A DNA stretch of 37,135 nucleotides from a virus (Duplodnaviria > Caudoviricetes), in IMG/VR virus record IMGVR_UViG_3300042923_001353, positions 1 through 37,135 of that record. One strand, written 5' to 3'. Shown piece by piece: positions 36,810 through 37,135 of this stretch; the stretch's first letter is position 1; every line of letters starts with the position of its first letter. The translations under genes were made by a program, and so were the position numbers. The notes under the pieces are model-generated. The model worked only from the letters and a program-made list of their open reading frames with translations, ran no database searches and was not told the origin of the DNA.

Positions 36810-37135
36810 TTATCGTTCCTCTATTGGATATCGGAACTTGTATTTGATGTCTATTCGTTTTTGTCTTGTTTCTTTATTCTCGTATACTGTTATCACATCA
36901 ATGAGGTCCTCTATATTTCTGCGTGTCAAGTGTTCAAAACTAATGGCATCCTCTATGTAATCTCTGAACCTCTGGTACTCTTGCTCAATATCTTTTACAC
37001 TGATTAAGCTGCTCTCAAGATTTTCTCTATCGCTTTGAAGTTTGTTTTGTTTAGTCTGCAGCTCAGCAGAGAACATCTCGAAATTCCTTATACTGATTCT
37101 CTCATCCAGCCTGTCATCATATAGCTTTCGGAACT
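36810..37135 (-). CDS. C-terminus of a large serine recombinase of a second mobile element (partial)
   Basis: Coiled coil then LTR.NI..LID.I.VYE....RIDIKYKF, typical recombinase C-terminus; ends 36 bp from the manC breakpoint. Confidence 0.75.
   Translation of the reverse strand, partial: FRKLYDDRLDERISIRNFEMFSAELQTKQNKLQSDRENLESSLISVKDIEQEYQRFRDYIEDAISFEHLTRRNIEDLIDVITVYENKETRQKRIDIKYKFRYPIEER

Overview
About 33.8 kb of this window (141-33947) is an apparently complete temperate siphophage prophage from a spore-forming, Clostridia-like Firmicute. It has an HK97-type head, lysis, tail, packaging and replication modules on the - strand, a cI/cro switch, and a large serine recombinase at the right end. 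The prophage sits inside a host GT4 (CotSA-like) glycosyltransferase gene. The first 15 codons (96-142, behind a sigma-K-like promoter) and the rest of the gene (33946-35016) rejoin in frame across a shared AAC core, and both attB and attP can be rebuilt as inverted repeats. attP lies inside the recombinase gene, so excision changes the recombinase C-terminus. Between cI and the integrase is an AT-rich four-gene cassette (TGT/beta-like Zn protein and SIR2, facing a SocA/Panacea-like protein and a PD-(D/E)XK nuclease) that is a candidate defence system. About 3 kb further right, a second host gene (manC-like) is cut off by another element carrying a serine recombinase. Family assignments come from motif recognition by eye; no database searches were run.
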